IMG/VR virus record: IMGVR_UViG_3300025073_000032 | Span: 1 to 64,000 of that record | Strand: one strand, 5' to 3' | Length of the DNA stretch: 64,000 nt | Source of the DNA: a virus | Taxonomy: Duplodnaviria; Caudoviricetes | Shown: positions 50,083 to 60,599 of the stretch, one piece after another | Layout: every line of letters starts with the position of its first letter | Position numbering within the stretch: position 1 is the first letter of the stretch | The notes under the pieces: generated by a model | What the model was told of the DNA's origin: nothing | The model's database searches: none | Seen by the model: only the letters and a program-made list of their open reading frames with translations | Translations under genes and position numbers: made by a program

Positions 50083-50403
50083 TCATTTAGTTTTAGGTTC
50101 CCACTTGTGAGCTTCCCCTTTATGTATTGTACGAAGCTCACCATCTACAATAACTAGGATAAAACTACCTGTTTTGTAATACTCTGCTTCCTCACAATTA
50201 TGATTAAGCAAAGTCACAACAATATACTTCTTCTTAAGAACCACAGGCTCTGCACTAGCATAAAGCTCAGTAAGTTTCTCTATTACTTTATCAACACCAT
50301 ACTTGGCTCCTGTTCTTTCCTTAAACCTGAGTATCGCATGTGCGCTGATACCTTTAAGCTCAGGATTCATAACTACCCCATAATATTGCCACAATACATA
50401 CAC
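50083..50403 (-). CDS. Hypothetical protein (SxHAxxRFxER family)
   Basis: ISAHAILRFKER motif common in small phage proteins. Confidence 0.5.
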   Translation of the reverse strand: MYVLWQYYGVVMNPELKGISAHAILRFKERTGAKYGVDKVIEKLTELYASAEPVVLKKKYIVVTLLNHNCEEAEYYKTGSFILVIVDGELRTIHKGEAHKWEPKTK

Positions 50404-50692
50404 TCAGTAACTGTGGTATCCACCCAGGCACCGCAAAGTCTGCACCGCTTAGGATTAGCTTTTTTCTTCTCAAAAACTCCAGCCTCTGGTTTCGGAGGCT
50501 CCTCTTCCAGCTCTACAGTCCTAATTACTTTTTTATGCCTTTTGGTTCCCATTGAGATTCCTCGGATATATATCCATATTAAGTACAGGGTAAGTTCTAG
50601 CTCCACATCTATAACAGATGGCTAGGCTCAAATCATCCATTATACGAAGGTATCCCCTTTTACATCGTGGGCATAAGGTACCCCTTTTAACT

Positions 50693-52306
50693 TCAAAGTA
50701 ATAAGCCATTCAGTTTACTCCTACCAGATCGTTTCTCTATCCAGTACACTGTATTGAACAAAGCAGAAGACTTCAATTCATCGTTGTGTGACACAACAAA
50801 AACAGTCATCTCTTTGGCTTGATCTTGCAATACCCCAAATACCGCTTCTATATTCTCAGGCTCCAATGCATCACAAGCTTCATCCAAAATAGAGAGGTTA
50901 ATAGCAGATCTAAGTCTTTCTCTTGCCAGCTGCTGAATAGCAAACATAAATGACAAGTTAATTATTCTTCGCTCTCCATTGGAACTATCTTTATATGAGT
51001 TACCTCCTTCTGAATTATACACTCTAATAGAGAACTTATCTCTCACATCACCAGATTTGAGAGTTTTATTAGGTAACAATTTAACCGATATTACACCTTC
51101 TGATATTTTATTACAGTAATACTCAAGATGTTTATTCAGTGAAGGTATAATAGCATCGAACAGAGAAGCTTTAATACCTTTAGGCCCAAATCCATCAGCA
51201 AAGAATTCAGCTACTTCAGCTTTGTCCTGATACTCCGCAAGCAATGATCTAGTTTCTACCAAAAGAATCTCAGCTTCCACCTTCTTCTGTCTTGCTCGTT
51301 CAATCATCTTATCATAGGAATTAGTACTTTCCGACAGCTCAACAATTCTCTCCCCTATTTCCTGCTGCTCCCTTTGGTTATAGTCCAAAGTACGTGCTCT
51401 AACTGCTATCGCTTTACGCAGATCTTGAAGTTCCTCTAGTAAATCATCCGTCTCTTCTTGGTAAACGAAAGGTAAACTGCTGCCACAGTATTCACACACG
51501 TCCTCGGCTTTTTCTGACTGTAATTTATCTAGTCTACTACGCAATTCGTCTATTTGATTCCTGTCCCTCTCCTGCTCCTTGTTTGCTTGCTTCTCCTTTA
51601 TTAGACATTCCTTGAAACTTGCTTTCTCCTGATCGATACTCTGCTGTCGCTTACACTCAAAATCTTTGCAGTCTTCCATGTAAACCTGCATGTCATCGTT
51701 AAGCTCAGCTATCCGTGACTCAGTAAGCTCAATCTCCCTATTATACTGCATAATCTTTTGGGAGAACTCACTTATATCCTTCTTAACTACTTTGAGAGCT
51801 TCAGCGTACACTGTAGAATCAATAAAAGCTTCTATTAGATTCTTCTGTTCAGTGTCATCAAGAGTAACAAACGTTTTGCTTATCCCTTGTGCAAACACTA
51901 CAGAATGAGAGAACAACTTAGCATCCATACCCAACAAGCTATTAATATGCTCTTGGGTACTGTCAGTATCCCAACCACCCAAGTCAACACCATCAGGCAT
52001 CTGCTTGAAGTACAGATTATTTTTATGCTCTCCATGCTTTCTGTAGCGTTCTACTACTATCTCACCATATGTTTCCTCTATTACAAGCTTAACGCTACAA
52101 TCCTTACCGGCAAAGGTACTAACTACATCATCACCCTTCTGACCCTTCAAAGTCACACCAAACAGACACCAAGTAAGAGCATCCCATATAGATGACTTAC
52201 CGGCACCTACTTTGCCTAACAACAAAACAAGACCACCGGAATTTAAATTAAACTCCAAGTGGTCCCATCTTTGAAAGTTATTCAATTCAAGAGTTTTGAG
52301 TATCAT
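50693..52306 (-). CDS. sbcC: SbcC/Rad50/gp46-like recombination ATPase
   Basis: LNNF, Walker A GKVGAGKSS, CEYC zinc hook, SNGE signature, ILDE, VSH. Confidence 0.92.
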   Translation of the reverse strand: MILKTLELNNFQRWDHLEFNLNSGGLVLLLGKVGAGKSSIWDALTWCLFGVTLKGQKGDDVVSTFAGKDCSVKLVIEETYGEIVVERYRKHGEHKNNLYFKQMPDGVDLGGWDTDSTQEHINSLLGMDAKLFSHSVVFAQGISKTFVTLDDTEQKNLIEAFIDSTVYAEALKVVKKDISEFSQKIMQYNREIELTESRIAELNDDMQVYMEDCKDFECKRQQSIDQEKASFKECLIKEKQANKEQERDRNQIDELRSRLDKLQSEKAEDVCEYCGSSLPFVYQEETDDLLEELQDLRKAIAVRARTLDYNQREQQEIGERIVELSESTNSYDKMIERARQKKVEAEILLVETRSLLAEYQDKAEVAEFFADGFGPKGIKASLFDAIIPSLNKHLEYYCNKISEGVISVKLLPNKTLKSGDVRDKFSIRVYNSEGGNSYKDSSNGERRIINLSFMFAIQQLARERLRSAINLSILDEACDALEPENIEAVFGVLQDQAKEMTVFVVSHNDELKSSALFNTVYWIEKRSGRSKLNGLLL

Positions 52307-52903
52307 ATTAGATGTGATATGTCATAGAGACACCAACAAATGTCTTGGCTTGCTCTTTCAAGAAAGCATTGATCTTTGTCAAACGCAACCCACAGTCGTT
52401 AATAAAGGCAATCTTGCTTGAAAAGAACTCCTCTTCATACATGCTGCCTACTCGCATCACTTCAAAATTGGTAGGAGTTATAAGCTCCTGACCATCATCT
52501 GACAGAAAAACAGCTCTACCTTTCTTGTCTGCTGTGTACATCGTAGGAAGTTGCTGTGCTCTCAAGGCTTTTATACTATCAACCCTGACATAGTTCTCCC
52601 CATTCTTAACTACATTGGTTGTTTTAATGTGAATCATGACTTATTATCCTTTCTGTCCACCTCGCGGTTTACGCTCCCGGCTATTTTTGTGAGTTTGTCG
52701 TTTGTTCATCGGAACTGTACTCAGTGTGGCATTACAACAGTTTGAGCGCACCCCTGATTTATAGTAGTGCTTCACTTCCATCTCTTTGGCTCTGCCACAC
52801 TCATTGCAGATCACTTTGATGCTGCCATGCTGATTCAACAACTGCTTGCTATTAGTCCCTTCAGCCATCTGTATTCACCTCCTCTCCTTTCTGTATACCC
52901 CTT

Positions 52904-53941
52904 TTAATCGACTATATTTGCCTTGAGCCTATCAAATACTGAGGTAGCATACTTTAAGTATCGCTCAGGCTCTGCAATATTCTTATACCCCAAATAAGCA
53001 TCCACCACCTCAATAGGCTTCTGAGCCTGTTCTACAGCTCTTAGCCGTGGTGCAAACTCCACATCTTTCACAACACGTTCTATTAGAACGTTGTCTAAAT
53101 CCTCTGGAAAATCCAGCTCAGAGTTAAGCTTAAGCTTATAAAAATACTCAGGCACATAATCCTTCAAAAACCTAACTAAGCCCTTCTTATTTGGTATTAC
53201 ATACTCTACAAACCAAGGAAACTCCGTAGGCACAAAAGTAGCCTTATATTTATCAGAATTGAATGTAATATCCCAAAAGCCCTTATCCTGTCCAACATCT
53301 GCAAAAGAATGATGTAGCAGACTACCGACATAAAATACATTATTAGCCAGCAACTGAGGCTTGTGATAATGACCCATAGCTACAAACTGGAAAGCCTCTG
53401 GCTGTATCTCTTCCAGGGTTATCTCATAACCAGAAGACGAGGTGTAACCTTTGACAAGCTCAGCCCCAGCCACAGGAATATGAGCAAAAACTTGCTTTAC
53501 CTTTCTGACTCTACACTCTTGAAACCACTCGACAACCTCTGCTCTGTAGTCACTATAAGGCATATACGCGATAGAATCCATAATAGTAAAATCTTCTATT
53601 GCATCTGCATACTCTTCAACACCTCTAACAGATGTAATAGAACCTGACTTGTTAGCTTGATCATGATTACCAGCAACAATAATAACATCAAGACCTACAT
53701 TCTTCATGGTCTTTATAGAGTCACGCACTATATTATTTACTTCTACTGACAGTATTCCCCTAGAGTGAAATAGATCACCTACTATAATTACATACTTAAT
53801 CTGATTAGTAACAGCATAGTCTCTTGCTTGTCCTAGACAAGAGACTATGTGCCTCACTCTATTGGTACCGAACTCTGTATCTGGATGGGAAAACTGAGAG
53901 TGCTTATGTGCATGTACATCAGCCAGAACTACTACTCTCAC
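52904..53941 (-). CDS. sbcD: SbcD/Mre11/gp47-like nuclease
   Basis: ADVH, VGDLFH, AGNHD, MGHYH. Confidence 0.92.
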   Translation of the reverse strand: MRVVVLADVHAHKHSQFSHPDTEFGTNRVRHIVSCLGQARDYAVTNQIKYVIIVGDLFHSRGILSVEVNNIVRDSIKTMKNVGLDVIIVAGNHDQANKSGSITSVRGVEEYADAIEDFTIMDSIAYMPYSDYRAEVVEWFQECRVRKVKQVFAHIPVAGAELVKGYTSSSGYEITLEEIQPEAFQFVAMGHYHKPQLLANNVFYVGSLLHHSFADVGQDKGFWDITFNSDKYKATFVPTEFPWFVEYVIPNKKGLVRFLKDYVPEYFYKLKLNSELDFPEDLDNVLIERVVKDVEFAPRLRAVEQAQKPIEVVDAYLGYKNIAEPERYLKYATSVFDRLKANIVD

Positions 53942-54556
53942 GCTTTAGCCTTTCTAATCGGAAGTTTAGGTGCTACCGGGAGTTTCTTCTTTGGATTGTG
54001 TTTGGCTCTATCTTTGAACCATTCACCGTTAGGTTCTATTGCGTAGTCAGGATTATGTTCTTTTATTAAAGGCTTAACTACAGTAAACTCAACTTTCTTA
54101 CCTTCATACTTCAGTACTACCACGGCACCCTTACGTTTTGAGCTATTACGAAACATCTGTGCCCTGTTCTCCACCTCTTCTACAGTGCCATCCATTATGC
54201 CTACCATTTCTCCATCCTCATAAATACGCGCATTGCTTACTTTGCGTGTACGATCTTCGGACTTCACAGAAGATTTAGCCATGATAGATTCCCCTTTCAG
54301 TTGTCCTCTTCATAGAGGATTTCGTATGAATTATCCTCGGTGTTTACTGCTCTCTGATATATCGGAACTTTCCTCAGTGCCAACTGGAAGCACTCCAGGG
54401 TTTTACAGCCCTTCACACATTTTGGTATCTCATTAGTTTTACAAATTAAGCAAGGACTCTTAAGCGTTCTATTAAATAATCTCCTATGCTTAGCTACATC
54501 CTGCTGAATCTTCTCCTCAGAATCGATAACAGGTGCTTTGGCTTTTCTTCGCATGA

Positions 54557-55456
54557 CTACCTCAAATTCCTGAACGGCAGCATAAAAGCATGTAAGTTCT
54601 TCATATAACTAAAGAACTCGTATTTCATGAATGTGGCTTTCAATTCCTTCTCATCGAACCTTCCCTCATATTTTATATTATATAACTCTTCGTTGATAAA
54701 TTCAACTGAATAACGCAAATCCATCAACAAAAAATTACGAGCTACGATCTTAGTGCTACTGGCAAGTGCTTGCATTAACTTGCCTTTTTGTCCCTTAGCA
54801 ACATTAATAATCTCTCTAGCTGAACCATGTTCTAATATAAGAGGTAGAACCCTACCTTCTTTAAAACCTGGAACCCCAGGTATTTCATCAGACTCATCGC
54901 CCATTAGCACCCTGGCTTGCAAATACATATCAGGCGTAGGTACTCCAGTTAGCTCCTTAAAATTATCCAGGGTGTAGTACTTCAGAGCCATAGGACGATA
55001 AACATGCACCTTCTTAGACACCAGTTGCAGGAAATCCTTGTCCTCAGACAGTATGACTACATCATCATCGATCTGCTTTGCTAATAGAGCAATTATATCA
55101 TCAGCCTCTATATTAGACCCTTTGTATTGATGGACTCCTGTAGCCATGATAATAGAGAACAAAGCTTTAACTTGATGATTGAACTGAGCATACTCCTCTT
55201 GCTCGGCAGGAGTATGCTCTTTCACCTTCTCTGCACGTTTCTTTTTGTAATCAGGGAAAATTATACGACGAGCCATAGGACGATCATCCCACGTCAAATG
55301 AACTTCTGAGGCTTTGAACTTTTCTATATTACTTCGTAAAGATCGAAGCATCCCAAAGATAGTAGAGACATGCTCCCCTTTTGAAGTTGTCAACAGAGGA
55401 GTGCCTTTCCATATTCGTTTGGCAAGGTTATTGCCATCAACTATTAGAGTTGCCAC
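54557..55456 (-). CDS. 5'-3' exonuclease / flap endonuclease (RNase H-type)
   Basis: LIVDGNN, YKKKR, EADD, SEDKDFLQL, GDESDEIPGVPG. Confidence 0.92.
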   Translation of the reverse strand: MATLIVDGNNLAKRIWKGTPLLTTSKGEHVSTIFGMLRSLRSNIEKFKASEVHLTWDDRPMARRIIFPDYKKKRAEKVKEHTPAEQEEYAQFNHQVKALFSIIMATGVHQYKGSNIEADDIIALLAKQIDDDVVILSEDKDFLQLVSKKVHVYRPMALKYYTLDNFKELTGVPTPDMYLQARVLMGDESDEIPGVPGFKEGRVLPLILEHGSAREIINVAKGQKGKLMQALASSTKIVARNFLLMDLRYSVEFINEELYNIKYEGRFDEKELKATFMKYEFFSYMKNLHAFMLPFRNLR

Positions 55457-55773
55457 GGATCAATCCCTAGCACTCTCAAAGCCGCTATGCTATAGTCTCC
55501 AGGCAGCTGAACTGGCACCTTAGAATTAGAATGATCCTTTTGTGTCATTCTATTATATAATCTACGTTGCTGCAAAGAACCATACCACCTCAAAAACTTT
55601 GTCTTAAGAGTAGCGTCCCAGTTCTTTGCAATATACTGCATTACATAATGATCTTGAGTCATATTTTCAAACGGATCAAATAACCCTTGCCCCTCAAGAT
55701 ACTTACCTTGTGACAGTTCTGTTCTCAGAACCTCTCTGGCTATTGCATCTATCACAGCTCGTCTATTCATACA

Positions 55774-56895
55774 TCACCTCAGATTAGTATATTGCCCTAG
55801 CTTCTCAGGGTTTTCCCTAAAATACTGCTCCAACTCCTTGCGACGAAAGTTTGCCCCCTCATACAGATACCAACCACTGGTTGTCTCGCCCTCTTTGTTG
55901 CACCCAGGCTTGATAATCCCTTCCCCTCGCAGCAGATCAAAACAACCGCTAGTGTAGTCTAACCCACGATCAAAGTACAGATCAAAGGTAGTCTCTTGGA
56001 AAGGCTTGACTATCTTGTTCTTTTTGGCTTGAGCTTTGCCTCGTACTCCTATAATCGGATCATCTTTCTTAGGCTTAGGAGCACCACCTTTTTTGCCTTT
56101 GGCTTTAGCTTCTTCCTCTGGCTTCGTTTCTTCTTCCTCATCACCAGTACTGGCTGCTCTAAGCATCTCTATTATAGAAAGCCTAAGCCTGATAGAAGCC
56201 CAAAAGCCTAGAGCATCCCCTCCAGTTGTATACTCATCTGAGCCGAACATCACCCCTATCTTATGCTTAAGCTGATTGACAACTACAAAAGCCACATTGT
56301 ATTTACCTATTAGACTTGTCATCTTCCTGGCACCTACAGTAATGGCTGTAGCTTTCTCTGTTCTGTATCCACCGATATCGTCAACATCAGTGTTCTTCTC
56401 TTCCTTAGATGGAACCTGAGCAATACTATCACCAACATAGACAACATAGGCAGTAGGATCAGCCTTGAAAATATTAGACAAAGTAAACTCAGCTTTGTCC
56501 CAATAATCTTCTACAGTTTCTGAACGTGTATACAGAAGACGGTCATTATCGACCCCAGCAATCTCGCCAAAGAACCTGTCATAAGCATTCTCCATATCAT
56601 CCAAAGCTGCTATGCCACCATGCATCTGGCAATTAGCCAACAGAGCATCCACTAGAAAGCTTTTACCTACTGAATTAGCTCCATAAATCTCTATCAACCT
56701 GCCAGATGGAGCACCTCCTCCCGTTATCTTGTCCAGCCCCCAATGTCCAAAACTTGTATGACTCTTTATAATAGCAAGATCATTACTGTTATTAAGTCTT
56801 GCCATAGAGTCTTTACCAAACTTACCTTGTACGGCCTTAACTGTACTGTCCAGCACTGCATCCAACGGATTTACGGCTTTACTCTGTCTCTTCAT
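55774..56895 (-). CDS. recA: RecA/UvsX recombinase
   Basis: GRLIEIYGANSVGKS, DSIA, NQL..KIGVMFG..TTGGDAL.F.ASIRL, KNKI. Confidence 0.95.
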   Translation of the reverse strand: MKRQSKAVNPLDAVLDSTVKAVQGKFGKDSMARLNNSNDLAIIKSHTSFGHWGLDKITGGGAPSGRLIEIYGANSVGKSFLVDALLANCQMHGGIAALDDMENAYDRFFGEIAGVDNDRLLYTRSETVEDYWDKAEFTLSNIFKADPTAYVVYVGDSIAQVPSKEEKNTDVDDIGGYRTEKATAITVGARKMTSLIGKYNVAFVVVNQLKHKIGVMFGSDEYTTGGDALGFWASIRLRLSIIEMLRAASTGDEEEETKPEEEAKAKGKKGGAPKPKKDDPIIGVRGKAQAKKNKIVKPFQETTFDLYFDRGLDYTSGCFDLLRGEGIIKPGCNKEGETTSGWYLYEGANFRRKELEQYFRENPEKLGQYTNLR

Positions 56896-57093
56896 TCTTG
56901 CTCCTTATAATGATCTGGCTCGTCACACTTGAAATCGAACTCACTGCCAGAAAGACAGTTGCCATCTGAATCTACCAGGATAGGACCACACCCCTCGCAC
57001 AGCACAGCCCACCCCATTCCAGGTTTAAGCTTCTCAGCTGTCTTAAAATCCCCTTCAGGAAAATCGTACAGCTTAGCACACTGATTACAGAAC

Positions 57094-57381
57094 TCAGCCA
57101 TCTATCTTCTCCTTTCTAGTATAATATATAGCTAAAGCTGTCCATGTAGCATTACCGGCCAACAAGAACACTCCACCTACGAATGACCAGTACTGCCCCA
57201 GCGTAGGATAGTAGTAAAGGTTCCATACCCCCCACATAGAGAAAAAAGCCTGTACACTCCAGTGTACACCTCTTACTTGCTTGTCTTTTAATAGTTTCCT
57301 TACATTGAACCAGTACACAGCTCCGCCTACCAATTCAAACAATCCATTTATAGTATCGACGTTCACTTTACCCCCAAACAA
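57094..57381 (-). CDS. PQ-loop/SemiSWEET-like three-helix membrane protein
   Basis: Three hydrophobic helices; K.VRGVHW...WNLYY pattern. Confidence 0.55.
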   Translation of the reverse strand: MFGGKVNVDTINGLFELVGGAVYWFNVRKLLKDKQVRGVHWSVQAFFSMWGVWNLYYYPTLGQYWSFVGGVFLLAGNATWTALAIYYTRKEKIDG

Positions 57382-57414
57382 AAGGCACTAAGATGTTTAG
57401 TCCTAGTGCCTTTT
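57380..57414. terminator. Stem-loop/terminator
   Basis: aaaaggcacta...tagtgcctttt inverted repeat. Confidence 0.6.
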
Positions 57415-57437
57415 ATGGCATCTATTATACCTTGCTA

Positions 57438-57617
57438 TTACTCTTCAGCGTGACGTGTTGCAGCTACTTTCTCTCTGACTACTTGTGCAAGTCGTTTGAC
57501 TTCCTGCATGTTTTTACGGAGACGAGTACCCGCTACATTGTTACCTCTGGTAAAAAACTTCTCGGCATCCTTTTTCGTTTCAACCAACAGCTTCTCAAGT
57601 GCGACAAATTCATCCAT
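57438..57617 (-). CDS. Hc1 histone-H1-like protein (59 aa)
   Basis: Hand translation MDEFVALEKLLVETKKDAEKFFTRGNNVAGTRLRKNMQEVKRLAQVVREKV...; KF..GN..AGTR.RK is the Hc1 signature; AAGGAG RBS. Confidence 0.8.
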   Translation of the reverse strand: MDEFVALEKLLVETKKDAEKFFTRGNNVAGTRLRKNMQEVKRLAQVVREKVAATRHAEE

Positions 57618-57638
57618 GCTAAACTCTCTCCTTTTTTA

Positions 57639-58679
57639 TTATTTCTTTTTCTTTCCTGCATCTTTGCTTTTGAAGCGTTCCAAAGCAGCTTGCATCTCTT
57701 TTTCCAACTCCTCCTCAGAATCTCCACCTTCGGCATTTTTTGCCTCAGTTTCCGTTTCGGTTTCCTCCTCCAGGTCATCGCCATATTTCTCAACAAGAGC
57801 CAGAATACCCTCTTCAGTACCGTCTTCCTCAAGCCATGATGCATACAGCTTCTTGACCTTAGGAACATCCAAGGGCAACCTTTCAATGTACAGTGCATAC
57901 TTCTCTTCTGGATCTATTTTTGGCTTACGAACTAGTTTCTTCTGCTCTGGCTCTTCTTCTTTCTCTTTTTTCGCATCTTTCTTTAGAGTAGATTTTTTGG
58001 CTGTCTTTTCTTCCTCTCCCTTCCGTTCTTTGAGGATATCTTCTTTGCTCTCACCATCCAACAACCGCTCTTGCTCCTTTGCTGTAAACACCTCAGAATA
58101 AGCTAAAGCATTCAAATCTGACAGCTTAACATCTTCCAGTTTGATTCCAAGCTTTGACGGGTTTTTACGAGCTTCAACAGAGTACTCTGTATCCAACTTC
58201 TCACCAGTCTTTGTCACTATGAAGTCGTAGTTAAAACCTTTCTCTGCGTCAAACAAATCATCCTGATAATCAATGTGACTGAAGTACTTCAGGATTCCTT
58301 CCAGTACCTGAGGACCGTACTGCGCTACTTTGACTTTGTTGTCATTGTCCCTGTCTATTACATTGGAATAGAAACGAGTCTTTGCTCTAAGTTTACCTGC
58401 AAGATCTTTGTCTGCTTTATTCTTGGTGCCATACAGACCTTCCACCATGTCACAGAAGAAACACTCACTGCCATCGTAAGCCTTGTTACAGACAACAGCA
58501 ATAGTATCTTTACCTACCTTAAAGTAGTGAAGATCAACCTCCACATACCAGTCAAGCTCCTCGTCACACAGTATACGAATGTTGTTAGGCCCATCCTGCC
58601 ACTGTAGAAAATCACCGCCTCCATTTTTCTTCTTAAGTTCTGCTAGTTTTTTCTTTGCGTCTTCTACTGAGAATGCCAT
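57639..58679 (-). CDS. Single-stranded DNA-binding protein (gp32-like)
   Basis: G.NNIRIL, H...C...CFFC Zn site, YSNVIDR, G..V..I, TEYSV; acidic tail. Confidence 0.8.
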   Translation of the reverse strand: MAFSVEDAKKKLAELKKKNGGGDFLQWQDGPNNIRILCDEELDWYVEVDLHYFKVGKDTIAVVCNKAYDGSECFFCDMVEGLYGTKNKADKDLAGKLRAKTRFYSNVIDRDNDNKVKVAQYGPQVLEGILKYFSHIDYQDDLFDAEKGFNYDFIVTKTGEKLDTEYSVEARKNPSKLGIKLEDVKLSDLNALAYSEVFTAKEQERLLDGESKEDILKERKGEEEKTAKKSTLKKDAKKEKEEEPEQKKLVRKPKIDPEEKYALYIERLPLDVPKVKKLYASWLEEDGTEEGILALVEKYGDDLEEETETETEAKNAEGGDSEEELEKEMQAALERFKSKDAGKKKK

Positions 58680-58682
58680 GTG

Positions 58683-59183
58683 TTAATCTCCTTTAAGCTT
58701 TTTGATTTTGTCTGCGACTTTCTGCTTGTTTATCTTCAGATCAGCATCAAACTCAGCCCTCATATTGGAAGCGATGCTTATCAGCATATCCTTACGCTGT
58801 TCAAAGGCTTGCTTTGCTATTAGCATAAGTCCTTCGTTCTTTTTAGCATTCAAATAAGCTTCCATCTTGGCTTTATGACTAGTGAGCATCTTCATGACTG
58901 ATTCAACTCCTGCTTCAGTCATCCTGCCATATTTGTCAGTATCCCAATCTTTGCGGATCAAAGGATCAAGCCTTGCTACTTCCAGCTCAAGCTCATTCTT
59001 TGCTATTAGAGTTGCGTTCTTTGCCATCTCGCTAAGCACTGCATACCATGCGAACTGAGAAGGTTGATTGGCCAATTCCTCGTTTATTTCAGCTTTGTTT
59101 ATTTCCAGGTCTTCATTTAAATCGCATTGGTAGCTCCGATCTAGTTTAATAGTAAACTTGAGAATTGCATCAATTTTTGACAT
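58683..59183 (-). CDS. UvsY-like recombination mediator
   Basis: DLEIN...EELANQPSQFAWY...MTEAGV...AFEQRKDMLISI; adjacent to SSB and near RecA. Confidence 0.7.
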   Translation of the reverse strand: MSKIDAILKFTIKLDRSYQCDLNEDLEINKAEINEELANQPSQFAWYAVLSEMAKNATLIAKNELELEVARLDPLIRKDWDTDKYGRMTEAGVESVMKMLTSHKAKMEAYLNAKKNEGLMLIAKQAFEQRKDMLISIASNMRAEFDADLKINKQKVADKIKKLKGD

Positions 59184-59240
59184 GTTGTTTCCTTTTCTCC
59201 TTAAGGATGAACTTCATACCGTTCATATTGGTATACTCCT

Positions 59241-60599
59241 TTATATGGAAAAATCTTTCAGATCAGCCCAACTTTTGTCACTAAGCTTCAAATCAGCTGC
59301 CAGAGGTACTCCCAAGTCCCAGTATATCAATGGGTTTTGAGGATTAGACATAACAGAAGTAGCCATCTCTGCTATTATATTAACTTCAGACTTATGAACA
59401 CAGAACATAATGGAGTCATGAACTGTAGCAATAATTTTTGACTTAAGCTTGTACTTATTTATTAAATCAATGAGGTTTATAATAGCACAAATTGTATACT
59501 GTCCTGCTGTACCTTGAATGGGCATATTCAAAGCTTGTCGTAATGCCTCATACTTTGTAAACTTCTGTGAAGAAGTTACGCCCAACAACCTTCGATAATT
59601 ACCGAACATAGTACTCACATACTTGTGTTCTGTAACAAAATCCTCTACATAATCCAAGAATACCTTAACCCCTGGCATGCTATTAAAATAGTTCTTCTTA
59701 AAGTTCTTAGCCTCCTTCTCAGTCACGCCTAAAGCCTCAGCCAAAGCCTTATCACCTTCACCGTAGATGATTCCAAAGTTAATTGTCTTTGCTGCTTTTC
59801 TCCACTTGCTGTCCTTGTCTACAATGATCCCCGGCTCAGCTATGTCAGCCATCTTCTGACCAGTAGCTAAGTGAATATCCTGACCATTCCTAAAAATTTC
59901 TAACATTACTTCGTCTTGACAATAAGCCGCCAAGATGCGAAGCTCCATTTGAGAATAGTCTGCCTCCATTAACAGATAGTCACTGTCAAATGGTACATAC
60001 ATATTCTTAATGTTAAGCATAGGATCAAAATCAAACCCTATGTCAGCAGCTTTTATGTTCTTTGGAATTTGCTGTAGATTAGGATCAAAGCAAACAAGAC
60101 GACCTGTAACTGTTATCGGAAGATAAGTACTATGTATTCTCCCATCTAAACAGATATGCCCATGCACAGGTTTAATAAACATCTTGTACAGTGTGGCATA
60201 CTTCTTATGCTGATTGATAAGAGATACTATCTCATGTACATCCTTAAGCTTTGCAATAGTTTTCTTGCCAGTGCTATATCTCTTACCACTATCTGTCAGC
60301 TCCAACCCTTCTGTTGACAACCCCATCTCAGTAAAGAACAGTTCATGTATCTGATCCCCTGAATTAAGATTAAACTTCTTCTCAAGCTTTTTCTCTACTG
60401 ACAGTACTTCAGGATAACCACGAACTGCATCTTCCAACTGCGCTAGTTTCTTCTCGTAACCCTTCTCCATCATAGACAGAGTAGCTATATCAATCTGAAA
60501 CCCTGACTTTTCTATACCTTGTATGGCATAGATAGCCGGAATAAACAGATGGTCATGCACCTCCTGAAAGCTATTCCTTGAAGGGAAAACATCACTCAT
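59241..60599 (-). CDS. polA: Family A DNA polymerase, polymerase domain only
   Basis: TVTGRL..PNLQQIP, ADYSQMELR, RKAAKTINFGIIYG, NMPIQGTA, VHDS. Confidence 0.93.
   Translation of the reverse strand: MSDVFPSRNSFQEVHDHLFIPAIYAIQGIEKSGFQIDIATLSMMEKGYEKKLAQLEDAVRGYPEVLSVEKKLEKKFNLNSGDQIHELFFTEMGLSTEGLELTDSGKRYSTGKKTIAKLKDVHEIVSLINQHKKYATLYKMFIKPVHGHICLDGRIHSTYLPITVTGRLVCFDPNLQQIPKNIKAADIGFDFDPMLNIKNMYVPFDSDYLLMEADYSQMELRILAAYCQDEVMLEIFRNGQDIHLATGQKMADIAEPGIIVDKDSKWRKAAKTINFGIIYGEGDKALAEALGVTEKEAKNFKKNYFNSMPGVKVFLDYVEDFVTEHKYVSTMFGNYRRLLGVTSSQKFTKYEALRQALNMPIQGTAGQYTICAIINLIDLINKYKLKSKIIATVHDSIMFCVHKSEVNIIAEMATSVMSNPQNPLIYWDLGVPLAADLKLSDKSWADLKDFSI

Noticed and set aside
57533-57898. 121-aa minus-strand ORF from the track
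   Set aside because: Alternate frame overlapping the SSB end and the better-supported Hc1-like ORF
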